From assembly GCA_031127095.1 (NCBI GenBank), contig JARIEX010000002.1:3346-67345 (forward strand): a DNA stretch of 64,000 nucleotides. Direction: 5' to 3'. Below, piece after piece: positions 10,417-19,242 of this stretch. The DNA comes from Gemmatimonadota bacterium (GTDB taxonomy: Bacteria; Gemmatimonadota; Gemmatimonadetes; Gemmatimonadales; Gemmatimonadaceae). The notes beneath the pieces are model-generated. The model was not told the DNA's origin and ran no database searches. It saw only the letters and a list, made by a program, of their open reading frames with translations. Made by a program: the position numbers and the translations under genes. Each line of letters opens with the position of its first letter. The stretch's first letter is position 1.

Positions 10417-11184
10417 GTGCGTTCGCACGACCGCGTGAATTCAGCGACCGCGAATGTGACCAGTGTCACGTTCGCGGTCGCTGTGGTTTTGGTCATGCTC
10501 GGCCTACCCGTCGGCGCGTCGGCGCAGGTGCTGCGGGGCACTGCACGCATCGTCGGGGACGACCGCCCCCTCAACCAAGCGCGCGTGATGGCCCTCCTGC
10601 GAGACGGCCGTGCCGTGGGCAGCACCGTCACCGACGATATCGGGCGATTTCAGTTCCGGGTGAACGCGGGAGGACAACCCTTCGCGATCTCGATCACACG
10701 CATTGGCATGGAGCCAACGCTTTCGGACGAGATCACCCTTGGTGCCGCTGACACGCTCGAGGTGGACTTCAGCGTGATTGAGACGGGAATCCGCACCGAT
10801 ACGGTGCGGGTGAAGGCCACGCCGTCGTTGAACGAGGTGCGCCTCGCCGAAGCACGACGACGCGGCTGGCGCGTCTTTCCGCCCGCCGACGTGGAGCAGC
10901 TCCGCGAACGGGCGAACTCGTTCGAAGACCTGTTGCGATCCAGCGGATATCCCGGATTCGTCGTTCCCGGTCGTCGCGACGACTGCATTCGCTCCACGCG
11001 CTACAATCGCTGCCTCACAATCGTGCTGGATGGCACCCCCCTTGGCGGCAGCTATCCCAACATCAATCCGCGTGACGTCCATTTTTTTGCGCTGCTCGGC
11101 AAGACGGAAGCCGCCGTGCAGTTCGGCGACCGAGCGCCCTGGGGCGCCCTCGTGATCTACACACGAGCCCGGGGCGACCGGTAG
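10417..11184 (+). CDS. Second carboxypeptidase-regulatory-like + plug domain protein without barrel
   Basis: Signal peptide (ASAQ); VTDDIGRF...RIGMEP; IVLDG...INPRDV...AAVQFG...WGALVIYTR; exact start uncertain (GTG 10417 or 10456). Confidence 0.75.
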   Translation: MRSHDRVNSATANVTSVTFAVAVVLVMLGLPVGASAQVLRGTARIVGDDRPLNQARVMALLRDGRAVGSTVTDDIGRFQFRVNAGGQPFAISITRIGMEPTLSDEITLGAADTLEVDFSVIETGIRTDTVRVKATPSLNEVRLAEARRRGWRVFPPADVEQLRERANSFEDLLRSSGYPGFVVPGRRDDCIRSTRYNRCLTIVLDGTPLGGSYPNINPRDVHFFALLGKTEAAVQFGDRAPWGALVIYTRARGDR

Positions 11185-11215
11185 CGGCGCTATCCGCGGC
11201 GCGCCAAGTTATCGC

Positions 11216-13138
11216 ATGCTTGCACCCCTCCGACGCCTCGTGATCGCCGCGCTGCTCCACGGCGCCCCGCTGTCCCTGTGTGCCCAGGGTGCGCCCCCCG
11301 CGGCCGATGCCTCGCGCATGCCTCCCCCTGGCTGGGTGGGCTCCCCGAAGCAGTACGACGCGATCAAGACGTCCACCGACCTCATGATCCCCACGCGCGA
11401 TGGCAAGCGCATGGCCACCGATGTATACCGCCCCAGCCGCAACGGGGTTCCGCTGGCACAGCCGCTGCCGGTGTTGCTCAATCGCACCCCGTACAACAAG
11501 ACGGCGCTCGCCGACCTGGCCATGTGGTACGCTGAACGCGGCTATGTGGTGGCGCTGCAGGACACGCGCGGCCGCTACAAGTCGGAAGGCACCTTCTCGA
11601 AAGTGCAGCCGGCCGACGCCACGGACGGCTACGACGTGATCGAATGGCTCGCGAAGCAGCCGTACGCCAACGGCATCGTGGGGATGTGGGGCACCTCCTT
11701 CTCAGCGCACACCGAGGCCGGCGCGGCGCAGTACAACCCGCCGTCGCTCAAGTCGATGGTGCTCAACATGGGCGGCCTCGCCAACGGCTGGGACCACGGC
11801 GTGCGGTACCGCGGCGCCTACGAAATGGGACGGCAACTCACGTGGGCGTGGAGCCAGCTGCTGGCCGACGCGCGCTCCCCCGACGTGAAGGCGTTGCTCA
11901 CCAAGGAGAAGGTGGAGGACTGGTACACCGTGCAGCCCATGCGGCGCGGCCTCAATCCCCTCTCGGTGGACTCGCAGTACGAAGGGTGGTACTTCGACTT
12001 CTTCGAGCGCGCCGATTACGACGCGTACTGGAAGGATCCGATGCTGGCGTGGGACGAACACTACGGCGAAACGTCGGACATCCCCATGATGCACGTGGGT
12101 GGCTGGTACGACATCTTCACCGCCGGCACGTTCAAGAACTTCACCGAGCTACGCAAGCTCAAGAAGACGCCGCAGCGCATCGTGATCGGTCCGTGGACGC
12201 ACGGCGGCAACAACCGCAGCTTCGCCGGTGACGTGGCGTACGGCGACAGCGCCGCGATTCCCGATTTCCTCACCGACTTCCACCTGCGCTGGTTCGATCA
12301 TCACCTCAAGGGCACGGCCAACGGGATCGAGACAGATCCGGCGGTGCGTGTATTCGTGATGGGCACGGGCAATGGCCGGAAGGACGCCAACGGGCGCCTG
12401 CTGCACGGCGGGTACTGGCGCACCAGCGATACGTGGCCGGTGACTGGCACGCGCATGGCGCCGTATTACTTCCAAGCCGACGGCTCGCTGCGCCCCACGA
12501 AGCCGAAGGCGCTGCAGTCGAAGACCACATACACCTTCGACCCGCGCCACCCCGTGCCGACGGTCGGCGGCGGCTCGTCGGCCCGTCTCAAGGACGGCGC
12601 GTACAACCAGCGCGAAGACCCGCGCTTCCCACCCTCGGCGGCGCCGTGGCTGCCGCTCCGTTCGCGTGCCGATGTCGTGGTGTTTCAGACCGAGCCGCTG
12701 GCCGAGGACATGACCGTGATCGGGCCGATCACGGTGAAGCTGTTCGCGTCGGCCACCACCGTGGACGCGGACTTCACGGCGAAACTCGTGGACGTGTATC
12801 CCTCGAGTACCGACTGGCCCGGCGGCTTCGACCTCAATCTCACCGATGCCATCGTGCGCGGCCGGTATCGCGCCACGCGCGATCATGCGGTGATGCTGCA
12901 GCCCGGCCGCGTGTACGAGTTCACGATCGATCCGTTCCCCACGGCGAACGTGTTCAAGAAGGGGCACCGCATCCGCGTGGATATCTCCAGCAGCAACTTC
13001 CCGCGCTTCGATGTCAATCCCAACACCGGCGAGCCGTTGGGTAAAAACCGCCGGATGATCACCACCGACATCTCGGTCCAGCACAGCGCGACCTATCCGT
13101 CGCACATCGTGCTGCCGCTCGCCCCCGCCCGGCCGTAG
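11216..13138 (+). CDS. CocE/NonD family hydrolase (peptidase S15-like)
   Basis: RTPYNK, QDTRGRYKSEG, nucleophile GMWGTSF, GGWYDIF, IGPWTH, SSSNFPRFDVN. Confidence 0.93.
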   Translation: MLAPLRRLVIAALLHGAPLSLCAQGAPPAADASRMPPPGWVGSPKQYDAIKTSTDLMIPTRDGKRMATDVYRPSRNGVPLAQPLPVLLNRTPYNKTALADLAMWYAERGYVVALQDTRGRYKSEGTFSKVQPADATDGYDVIEWLAKQPYANGIVGMWGTSFSAHTEAGAAQYNPPSLKSMVLNMGGLANGWDHGVRYRGAYEMGRQLTWAWSQLLADARSPDVKALLTKEKVEDWYTVQPMRRGLNPLSVDSQYEGWYFDFFERADYDAYWKDPMLAWDEHYGETSDIPMMHVGGWYDIFTAGTFKNFTELRKLKKTPQRIVIGPWTHGGNNRSFAGDVAYGDSAAIPDFLTDFHLRWFDHHLKGTANGIETDPAVRVFVMGTGNGRKDANGRLLHGGYWRTSDTWPVTGTRMAPYYFQADGSLRPTKPKALQSKTTYTFDPRHPVPTVGGGSSARLKDGAYNQREDPRFPPSAAPWLPLRSRADVVVFQTEPLAEDMTVIGPITVKLFASATTVDADFTAKLVDVYPSSTDWPGGFDLNLTDAIVRGRYRATRDHAVMLQPGRVYEFTIDPFPTANVFKKGHRIRVDISSSNFPRFDVNPNTGEPLGKNRRMITTDISVQHSATYPSHIVLPLAPARP

Positions 13139-13144
13139 TCGGCG

Positions 13145-14467
13145 ATGCTGCTCACGCTCCTCGCCTACGGCATGGTCATCGTCTTCATGACGCTGATCAT
13201 GACGAAACGGCTGTCGCCGCTGACGGCGCTGATCCTGGTGCCCGTCGCCTTCGGCATCGCCGGCGGCTTCGCCCCGCAGCTCGGGGAGATGATGGTCGCT
13301 GGCATTACCAAGCTGGCACCGACTGGTGTCATGCTGATGTTCGCGATTTTGTATTTCGCGATCATGCTCGACGCCGGCCTGTTCGAGCCGTTCGTGCAAC
13401 GGCTCATCGCCCTCGTGCACGGCGATCCCATGAAAGTGGTCGTGGGCTCGGCGGTGTTGGCGCTCCTGGTGTCACTCGACGGTGACGGGTCGACCACCTA
13501 CATGATCACCACCGCCGCCATGCTGCCGCTCTTTCGCCGGTTGGGCATGCGCCCGCTGGTGCTGGCCTGTGTGACCATGCTGGCCGGGGGCGTCATGAAC
13601 ATACTGCCGTGGGGTGGGCCGACGGCGCGCGCCGCCAGCGCGCTGTCGGTCGACGTGAGCACGGTGTTCGTGCCCATGATCCCGGCGCTCGTCGCTGGTG
13701 TGTGTTGGGTGCTGTACGCGTCGTATCGCCTCGGCCTGAGCGAACGCCGTCGGCTCGCCGCGGTCGGTGCCGCGTCGTCGGCCAACACCCAGGTGCTCCT
13801 CGAGGAACTCGCCAATCCGAACAACAGCGAGGATACGCTGCATCGGCGCCCCGATCGGCTCATCGTGAACGCGGTGCTCACCGTGGCGCTGCTGGTGGCG
13901 CTGATCGCGGCGGTCTTGCCGTTGCCAGTGATCTTCATGATCGGCTTCGCGGTGGCGATGCTATTGAACTACCCCACGATCGATGAGCAGAAGGCGCTGT
14001 TGTCGCGGCACGCGGGCAATGTGCTCGCGGTGGTGGGGCTCATCTTCGCCGCGGGCATTTTCACCGGCATCTTGTCGGGCACGAAGATGGTGGACGCCAT
14101 GGCGGAGAGCGTGATCGGCCTCGTGCCGGCCGCGCTGGGGCCGTATCTGGCCGTTGTCACGGGCGTGCTCAGCATCCCGTTCACGTTCTTTATTTCGAAC
14201 GACGCGTTCTACTTCGGCGTCCTGCCGATTCTCGCCAAGGCCGGCGAAGCGTATGGCATCACCGCCGCCGAGATGGCGCGGGCGTCATTGATCGGCCAGC
14301 CGGTGCACCTGCTCAGTCCTCTGGTGCCGTCCACCTTCCTGCTGGTGGGGCTGGTGGGCGTGGACTTCGATGATCACCAGCGGTACACGCTCAAGTGGGC
14401 GCTCGCGTCGGCCGCCGTGCTGCTGCTGGCGGGGCTGGCCACCCTCGTGATCCCGCTACGCGGCTAG
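13145..14467 (+). CDS. CitMHS-family citrate/metal-citrate transporter
   Basis: Multi-TM; VSLDGDGSTT, MNILPWGGPTARA, SNDAFYFGVLP, HLLSPLVPST. Confidence 0.9.
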   Translation: MLLTLLAYGMVIVFMTLIMTKRLSPLTALILVPVAFGIAGGFAPQLGEMMVAGITKLAPTGVMLMFAILYFAIMLDAGLFEPFVQRLIALVHGDPMKVVVGSAVLALLVSLDGDGSTTYMITTAAMLPLFRRLGMRPLVLACVTMLAGGVMNILPWGGPTARAASALSVDVSTVFVPMIPALVAGVCWVLYASYRLGLSERRRLAAVGAASSANTQVLLEELANPNNSEDTLHRRPDRLIVNAVLTVALLVALIAAVLPLPVIFMIGFAVAMLLNYPTIDEQKALLSRHAGNVLAVVGLIFAAGIFTGILSGTKMVDAMAESVIGLVPAALGPYLAVVTGVLSIPFTFFISNDAFYFGVLPILAKAGEAYGITAAEMARASLIGQPVHLLSPLVPSTFLLVGLVGVDFDDHQRYTLKWALASAAVLLLAGLATLVIPLRG

Positions 14468-14498
14468 CCGCGGCCGCGGTCGCGAGCCGGCGCGGCCG

Positions 14499-15839
14499 TT
14501 ACCGCGGTGCGTGCAGCAGCCGCTGCACCAGCTGCACCGACCGTTCCGTGGCGCCGAGTTCGCGCGCGACCAGATCGCGCGCGGCGTGTCCGGCGGCCGC
14601 GCGCACGTCGGCGTGATCAAACCATTGGTGGAGCGCCGCGATCAGCGCCGTACGGTCGTGCGCGACCACGGCGCCCCCCGCCGCGAGCAGTAGCCCGGCC
14701 TCGCGGCTCATGTCGTGGCGCGGCCCGAACAGCACCGGCACCCCGAACGCGGCCGGTTCGATCACCGAGTGCAGCCCCGCCGCGTGGAAGCCGCCGCCCA
14801 CGTACGCCACGTCGGCCAGGGCGTACAGGTCGCCCAGCACCCCCACGCGGTCCACCACGATCACGTCGTGGCCCGACTGCACCGTGTCCTCACTCGCGTT
14901 CGCCGACGGCATGGTTTGCGCGTCGGACAGCGTGACGGCGCGCAGCCCGCCCTGCCGCGCCCAGTCGAGCAGTGGGGCCAGATGCGCGGCGGTCGGCTCG
15001 TGCGGTGCGATGATCAGGCGCGGCGCCGGCGTGTCGTGCGGCCACGACGCCACGAGCGCCGCAAAGGCCGGGAGCAGGACCGCTTCGTCGGCCGGCCACG
15101 TGGACCCGGCGACGAGGGTGGGACGACCGCCCGCCAGCTGCTGCAGCAGCGGCTGCGCCCGGTCCACCCGCTCCGCCTTGGCCCACACCTGATCGAAGCG
15201 CGTGTCTCCCGTGATCTCGAGCACGGCCGGGCGCACCCCCAGCTCGCGCAGCCGCTCCGCGTGACCGGCATCGATGGCGCCGACGCCTTGCAGGGCCGCG
15301 TAGGCATCGCGCAGCAGCAGGCGGGACAGCAGTCCCCGGCGCCCCGATCGGGGCGCCACGGTGCCACTGAGGAGCGCCACGGGGATGTTTCGGGCGGCAG
15401 CCCGCGCCACCAGCGTGGGCCAGACGTCCAGCTTCACGAACACCAACACCGTGGGCTGCAGCGCATCCAGCATCGCGTCGGCATCGCGGGCGCTGTCGAA
15501 CGGCAGGTAGTCGGTGATGTCGGCGCCGATGGTGGGCGCAAACGGCTCGGCGCTGGGCGAAAAAAACGTGTACGCCAGCTGCACCTCGGGGTGGCGTGTG
15601 CGCAGGGCATGGGCCACCGGTCGTGCCTGCAGCCCTTCACCCACCGACGGGGCGTGCATCCACACCAACGGACGCGACGGGGTGCGGACGCGGTGTGCCG
15701 CGGCGGCCACGCGCGCGGTGAGGCCGCGTCGGGCCGCGAACGACCGCCACACTTTTGATCCGTGCGACGGGGCCACCCGCGACAGCAGGCGGGCTGCGGC
15801 GACCCCTGCGCCGTAGGCCGCCCGGACGAACGGGTTCAG
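14499..15839 (-). CDS. waaA: 3-deoxy-D-manno-octulosonic acid (Kdo) transferase
   Basis: WMHAPSVGE, YLPFD, GDTRFDQV, VAGSTW, YVGGGF...HSVIEPAAFG; start uncertain (CTG 15839 overlapping the upstream stop, or GTG 15776). Confidence 0.9.
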   Translation of the reverse strand: MNPFVRAAYGAGVAAARLLSRVAPSHGSKVWRSFAARRGLTARVAAAAHRVRTPSRPLVWMHAPSVGEGLQARPVAHALRTRHPEVQLAYTFFSPSAEPFAPTIGADITDYLPFDSARDADAMLDALQPTVLVFVKLDVWPTLVARAAARNIPVALLSGTVAPRSGRRGLLSRLLLRDAYAALQGVGAIDAGHAERLRELGVRPAVLEITGDTRFDQVWAKAERVDRAQPLLQQLAGGRPTLVAGSTWPADEAVLLPAFAALVASWPHDTPAPRLIIAPHEPTAAHLAPLLDWARQGGLRAVTLSDAQTMPSANASEDTVQSGHDVIVVDRVGVLGDLYALADVAYVGGGFHAAGLHSVIEPAAFGVPVLFGPRHDMSREAGLLLAAGGAVVAHDRTALIAALHQWFDHADVRAAAGHAARDLVARELGATERSVQLVQRLLHAPR

Positions 15840-16633
15840 CGCGAGGTCCCCGCGCGTGCCCGCGCGCTGGCGATCGTGAGCGCCGTATCGATGGCGCGCC
15901 GGAAGTCTTTGTATGGCAGCGCGCCCTGCACGAGGAACTCACCCACGAGAAACGACGGGGTCGACTGCACCTTCGCCTGCGAGGCCTGCCGCAGGTCGTT
16001 CTCCACCAGCATGCGGATTGCCTCCGACTGCATGCAGCGGCCGTACGACGGCAGATCCAGCTTCACTTCGCGCGCGAGGCTGTTGAGGCGTGCGGTGGGG
16101 TTGTCCGGATTCTGAAACGCTTTCTGGTCGCGGAAGAGTCGCTCGGAGTACTCCCAGAACTTGCCCTGCACGGCCGCGCACATGGACGCCTCAGCCTGCA
16201 CCCGCGCATGCGGGTGAATCGAGAGCGGCAGATGCAGATAGGCCATGCGGATCTTGCCGGTGTCGATGTAGTCGCGCTTGAGGCTGGCCATCGATTCGTC
16301 GTGCCACTGCTTGCAGTAGGGGCACTGGAAGTCGCTGATCATCACCACCCACATGGCATCGGAACGTCCCATCAGACGGCCTTTGTCGGCCCGCTGGATC
16401 AGGAGCGAGTCGGCGAGCGTGTCGCCCGCGAGCCCCGCACCGGTCGCGGCGGCCATCGATTGCACGGGGGAGGCCGGTGCACTGGCCGTCGCGGTGGCGG
16501 TCGCGGGCGTGGATGCGGCGGCGGTCGCGCCGCCGGCCGTCCCGGCGGCCGCGTCCGACTGGCCGCACGCGGCGAGCGCACCGAGCGCCATCAGGAGAGC
16601 GATCAGGCGGTGGGCGGGGGCTGGACGGACCAT
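15836..16633 (-). CDS. DsbA-family thiol-disulfide oxidoreductase lipoprotein
   Basis: Lipobox LAAC, Ala/Thr linker, SDFQCPYC, GKFWEY, VQSTPSF; start reassigned to ATG 16633. Confidence 0.88.
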   Translation of the reverse strand: MVRPAPAHRLIALLMALGALAACGQSDAAAGTAGGATAAASTPATATATASAPASPVQSMAAATGAGLAGDTLADSLLIQRADKGRLMGRSDAMWVVMISDFQCPYCKQWHDESMASLKRDYIDTGKIRMAYLHLPLSIHPHARVQAEASMCAAVQGKFWEYSERLFRDQKAFQNPDNPTARLNSLAREVKLDLPSYGRCMQSEAIRMLVENDLRQASQAKVQSTPSFLVGEFLVQGALPYKDFRRAIDTALTIASARARAGTSR

Positions 16634-16913
16634 GACAGTGTGGAGCGACAAGGTGGCTCGGAGCGCGTCGTCCCTCGGCGGGGGTGCTGCGGGACGACGC
16701 GCACGGATGGGTCCGGCAGGCGCGGGCAGCACGCCACGGCCAGTCGGACCTCCGGTGAAATCTAGCGACGGCGATGCCATGAAGCCGCGAGGCGATGCCG
16801 CCGCGAGGCCCCCGTTTGTCGGGGATGACACCGGATGCCGTCCCCACGCGTAGGGGCAGTATCTTCTCCCCGTGCATCCCTCTGTGATTTTCCCCGCCAT
16901 CCACCATTCCGTC

Positions 16914-17798
16914 ATGTGGCCGCCCCGAGGGCGGCCCGCGCGCGCGTGGCGTCTGCTGCAACGGCTGCCGGCGGTGCTGGCGCTGGCCGTCGCGAGTGCG
17001 CTGCTGCCGCTCGCGTCGGCGTGGGGGCAGGTCACCGGCGCGGCACCGTTGCCGCAGCCGGTGGGCTACGTGAACGACTTCGCCAACGTGCTCACGCCCG
17101 ATGCGCGTGCGCGGATCGAAGACCTCGCGCAGCGCGTCCATGCCGCCACCCGTGGCGACATGGTGGTGGTCACGCTGCCGGATCTGGGCGGGCGCCCGGT
17201 GGAAGAGGTGGCGCTCCGGCTCGGGCGCGAATGGAAAGTCGGCGCCGAGGCGGCCATCGGCGATGAGGCGCGCAACGCCGGCGTGATCATTCTGCTCGTG
17301 CCCAAGGAAACCTCCGACGATGGCCGCGGCTATTGCCGCATCGAAACGGGGCAGGGGGCCGAGGGGTTCATCACCGATGCAACGGCCGGCGCGCTGTGCC
17401 GCGAGCAGACGGAGCTGTTCAAGGCCCGCGACTATGCCGGCGCGCTCGAAGGGCTCGCCTTCAACGTGGCCGACCGGTACGCCGCCACGTTCGGTGTCAC
17501 GCTGGACGGCGCCCCGCGCTCCCAGCGTCGGGAGCGCGCGCCGCAACGCGGCATCCCACCGTTCCTGATCGTGCTGGGGCTGATGGTGCTGGTCAGTGTG
17601 CTCAACGGGGCTGGTGGGCGCCGGCGTCGCGGCTGTGTGGGGTGCATCCCGATCCCGATCCCCGGCCCCTCGCTCCATGGCGGGTTCGGCGGCGGCGGTG
17701 GGTTTGGCGGGTTCGGCGGCGGCGGCGGTGGGGGCGGCTTCGGCGGCTTCGGCGGCGGTGGCGGCTTTAGTGGTGGTGGCGGCGGTTCCAACTGGTGA
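16914..17798 (+). CDS. TPM-domain (YgcG-like) membrane protein with Gly-rich tail
   Basis: GYVNDFANVL, WKVG...NAGVIILL, RIETGQGAEGFITDA, one TM, GGFGG...FSGGGGGSNW tail. Confidence 0.9.
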   Translation: MWPPRGRPARAWRLLQRLPAVLALAVASALLPLASAWGQVTGAAPLPQPVGYVNDFANVLTPDARARIEDLAQRVHAATRGDMVVVTLPDLGGRPVEEVALRLGREWKVGAEAAIGDEARNAGVIILLVPKETSDDGRGYCRIETGQGAEGFITDATAGALCREQTELFKARDYAGALEGLAFNVADRYAATFGVTLDGAPRSQRRERAPQRGIPPFLIVLGLMVLVSVLNGAGGRRRRGCVGCIPIPIPGPSLHGGFGGGGGFGGFGGGGGGGGFGGFGGGGGFSGGGGGSNW

Positions 17799-17805
17799 TC
17801 TGACT

Positions 17806-18561
17806 ATGGCACGTGCGACGATGTCCCTCGATGATCTGGTCCGGCAGCTCCAACAGGTGCACGGCGATGCGCTGCGCGCCGTCGTGCTGTACGGTTCCGC
17901 CGCCAGCGGCGAGCAGGTGGCCGGCTACTCCGATTACAACGTGATGGTGATCGTCTCATCCATCGCGCTGGCGCAGATGCGCTCGCTCGCGCAGACGATG
18001 CGGGCGTGGCAGGAGGCCGGGAATCCGCCCGTGCTCGAGCTCACCGAGGCGGAGTGGCAGCGGTCGGCCGACATCTTCCCGATGGAATACGCCGACATCC
18101 TCGAGCGGCACCGGCTGCTGCACGGTACGCTGCCGACCGCCGACATTGTCGTGCATGTCCATCATCTGCGCCTGCAAACCGAGCAGGAGGCCATGGGCAA
18201 GTTGCTGCGCCTCCGGCGGGGCGTGATGGTGGCCGGCACCGACGTGAAGCGGCAAACCGAACTGCTGCGGTCCAGCTACAGCGCCCTGCAGGTGATCTTC
18301 CGCGCGGTCCTGCGCCTGCACAACGTGCGCCCCGAGCGTGACGCGAACGCCGTGATCGCGGCAACGGCCGCGCGCGGCGGCTTCGATCCGGCCCCCTTCA
18401 CGCGCGTGTCCGCGTTGGTGCGCGGAACGGCCATCCCCAACGCCGACGTCGAATCCGTACTCGCGGGGTACGTGAACGGACTGAACCAGCTCGTTGAATA
18501 TCTCGACCGATTCGCGCCGCCCGAGGCGGCATCGGACGTTATCCACCCCGTCTCTTCCTGA
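17806..18561 (+). CDS. Nucleotidyltransferase (Pol-beta superfamily) domain protein
   Basis: VVLYGSAASG...SDYNVMVIV minimal-NTase motif, helical C-terminal domain; ATG 7 bp after the TPM stop. Confidence 0.75.
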   Translation: MARATMSLDDLVRQLQQVHGDALRAVVLYGSAASGEQVAGYSDYNVMVIVSSIALAQMRSLAQTMRAWQEAGNPPVLELTEAEWQRSADIFPMEYADILERHRLLHGTLPTADIVVHVHHLRLQTEQEAMGKLLRLRRGVMVAGTDVKRQTELLRSSYSALQVIFRAVLRLHNVRPERDANAVIAATAARGGFDPAPFTRVSALVRGTAIPNADVESVLAGYVNGLNQLVEYLDRFAPPEAASDVIHPVSS

Positions 18562-18569
18562 GGAGTCTC

Positions 18570-19217
18570 ATGCGTACTACGTACCCGTCGCGACATCCCG
18601 CTGCGTCCTTCCGCTGGACGCGCCTCGCGTCCCGTGCGCGCGGGCTGGCCATGGCGCTCGCCCTGCCGCTCATCGCGCCCCTCGCGCTGAACGGCTGCGG
18701 CTACAACACGATCCAGTCGTACGACGAACAGGCCGCGCAGGCCAAGCAGAACATCGACGCGCAGCTGCAGCGGCGCGCGGACCTGATCCCCAATCTCGTC
18801 AATACGGTCAAGGGCTTCGCGGCGCAGGAAAGTGAGGTGCTCACCGCGGTCACCCAGGCGCGCGCCGGCCTCGTGGGAGCGTTGCAGAAGCCGGGTGGGT
18901 CCGATCCGACCGAACTCGCCAACGCCAACCAGCAGCTCACCAGCGCGCTTGGCCGCCTCAATGTGACCGTCGAGGCGTATCCGGAGCTCAAGTCCAACGA
19001 GAACTTCCTGCGGCTGCAGGATGAACTCACCGGAACCGAGAATCGCATCGCGGTCTCGCGTACCGATTACAACGGCGCCGTGCGGCTGTACAACGAGTAT
19101 ATCCGCAAGTTTCCGGCGGTCCTTACCGCTAAGGCGACGGGTGCCACGCCGCGCACGTATTTCGAGGTCACCGATGCGGCCGCGCGTGCGGCGCCGACGG
19201 TCGACTTCAAGAAGTAG
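18570..19217 (+). CDS. lemA: LemA family lipoprotein
   Basis: AGGAG SD; LNGCGYN; QRRADLIPNLV; EAYPELKSNENFLRLQDELTGTENRI. Confidence 0.93.
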   Translation: MRTTYPSRHPAASFRWTRLASRARGLAMALALPLIAPLALNGCGYNTIQSYDEQAAQAKQNIDAQLQRRADLIPNLVNTVKGFAAQESEVLTAVTQARAGLVGALQKPGGSDPTELANANQQLTSALGRLNVTVEAYPELKSNENFLRLQDELTGTENRIAVSRTDYNGAVRLYNEYIRKFPAVLTAKATGATPRTYFEVTDAAARAAPTVDFKK

Positions 19218-19242
19218 AGCGCCCGACGCCCGTCGGCGCGCG

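Noticed and set aside
17677-17795. GGC-rich low-complexity tract
   Set aside because: Ordinary Gly-rich tail of TPM/YgcG-family proteins
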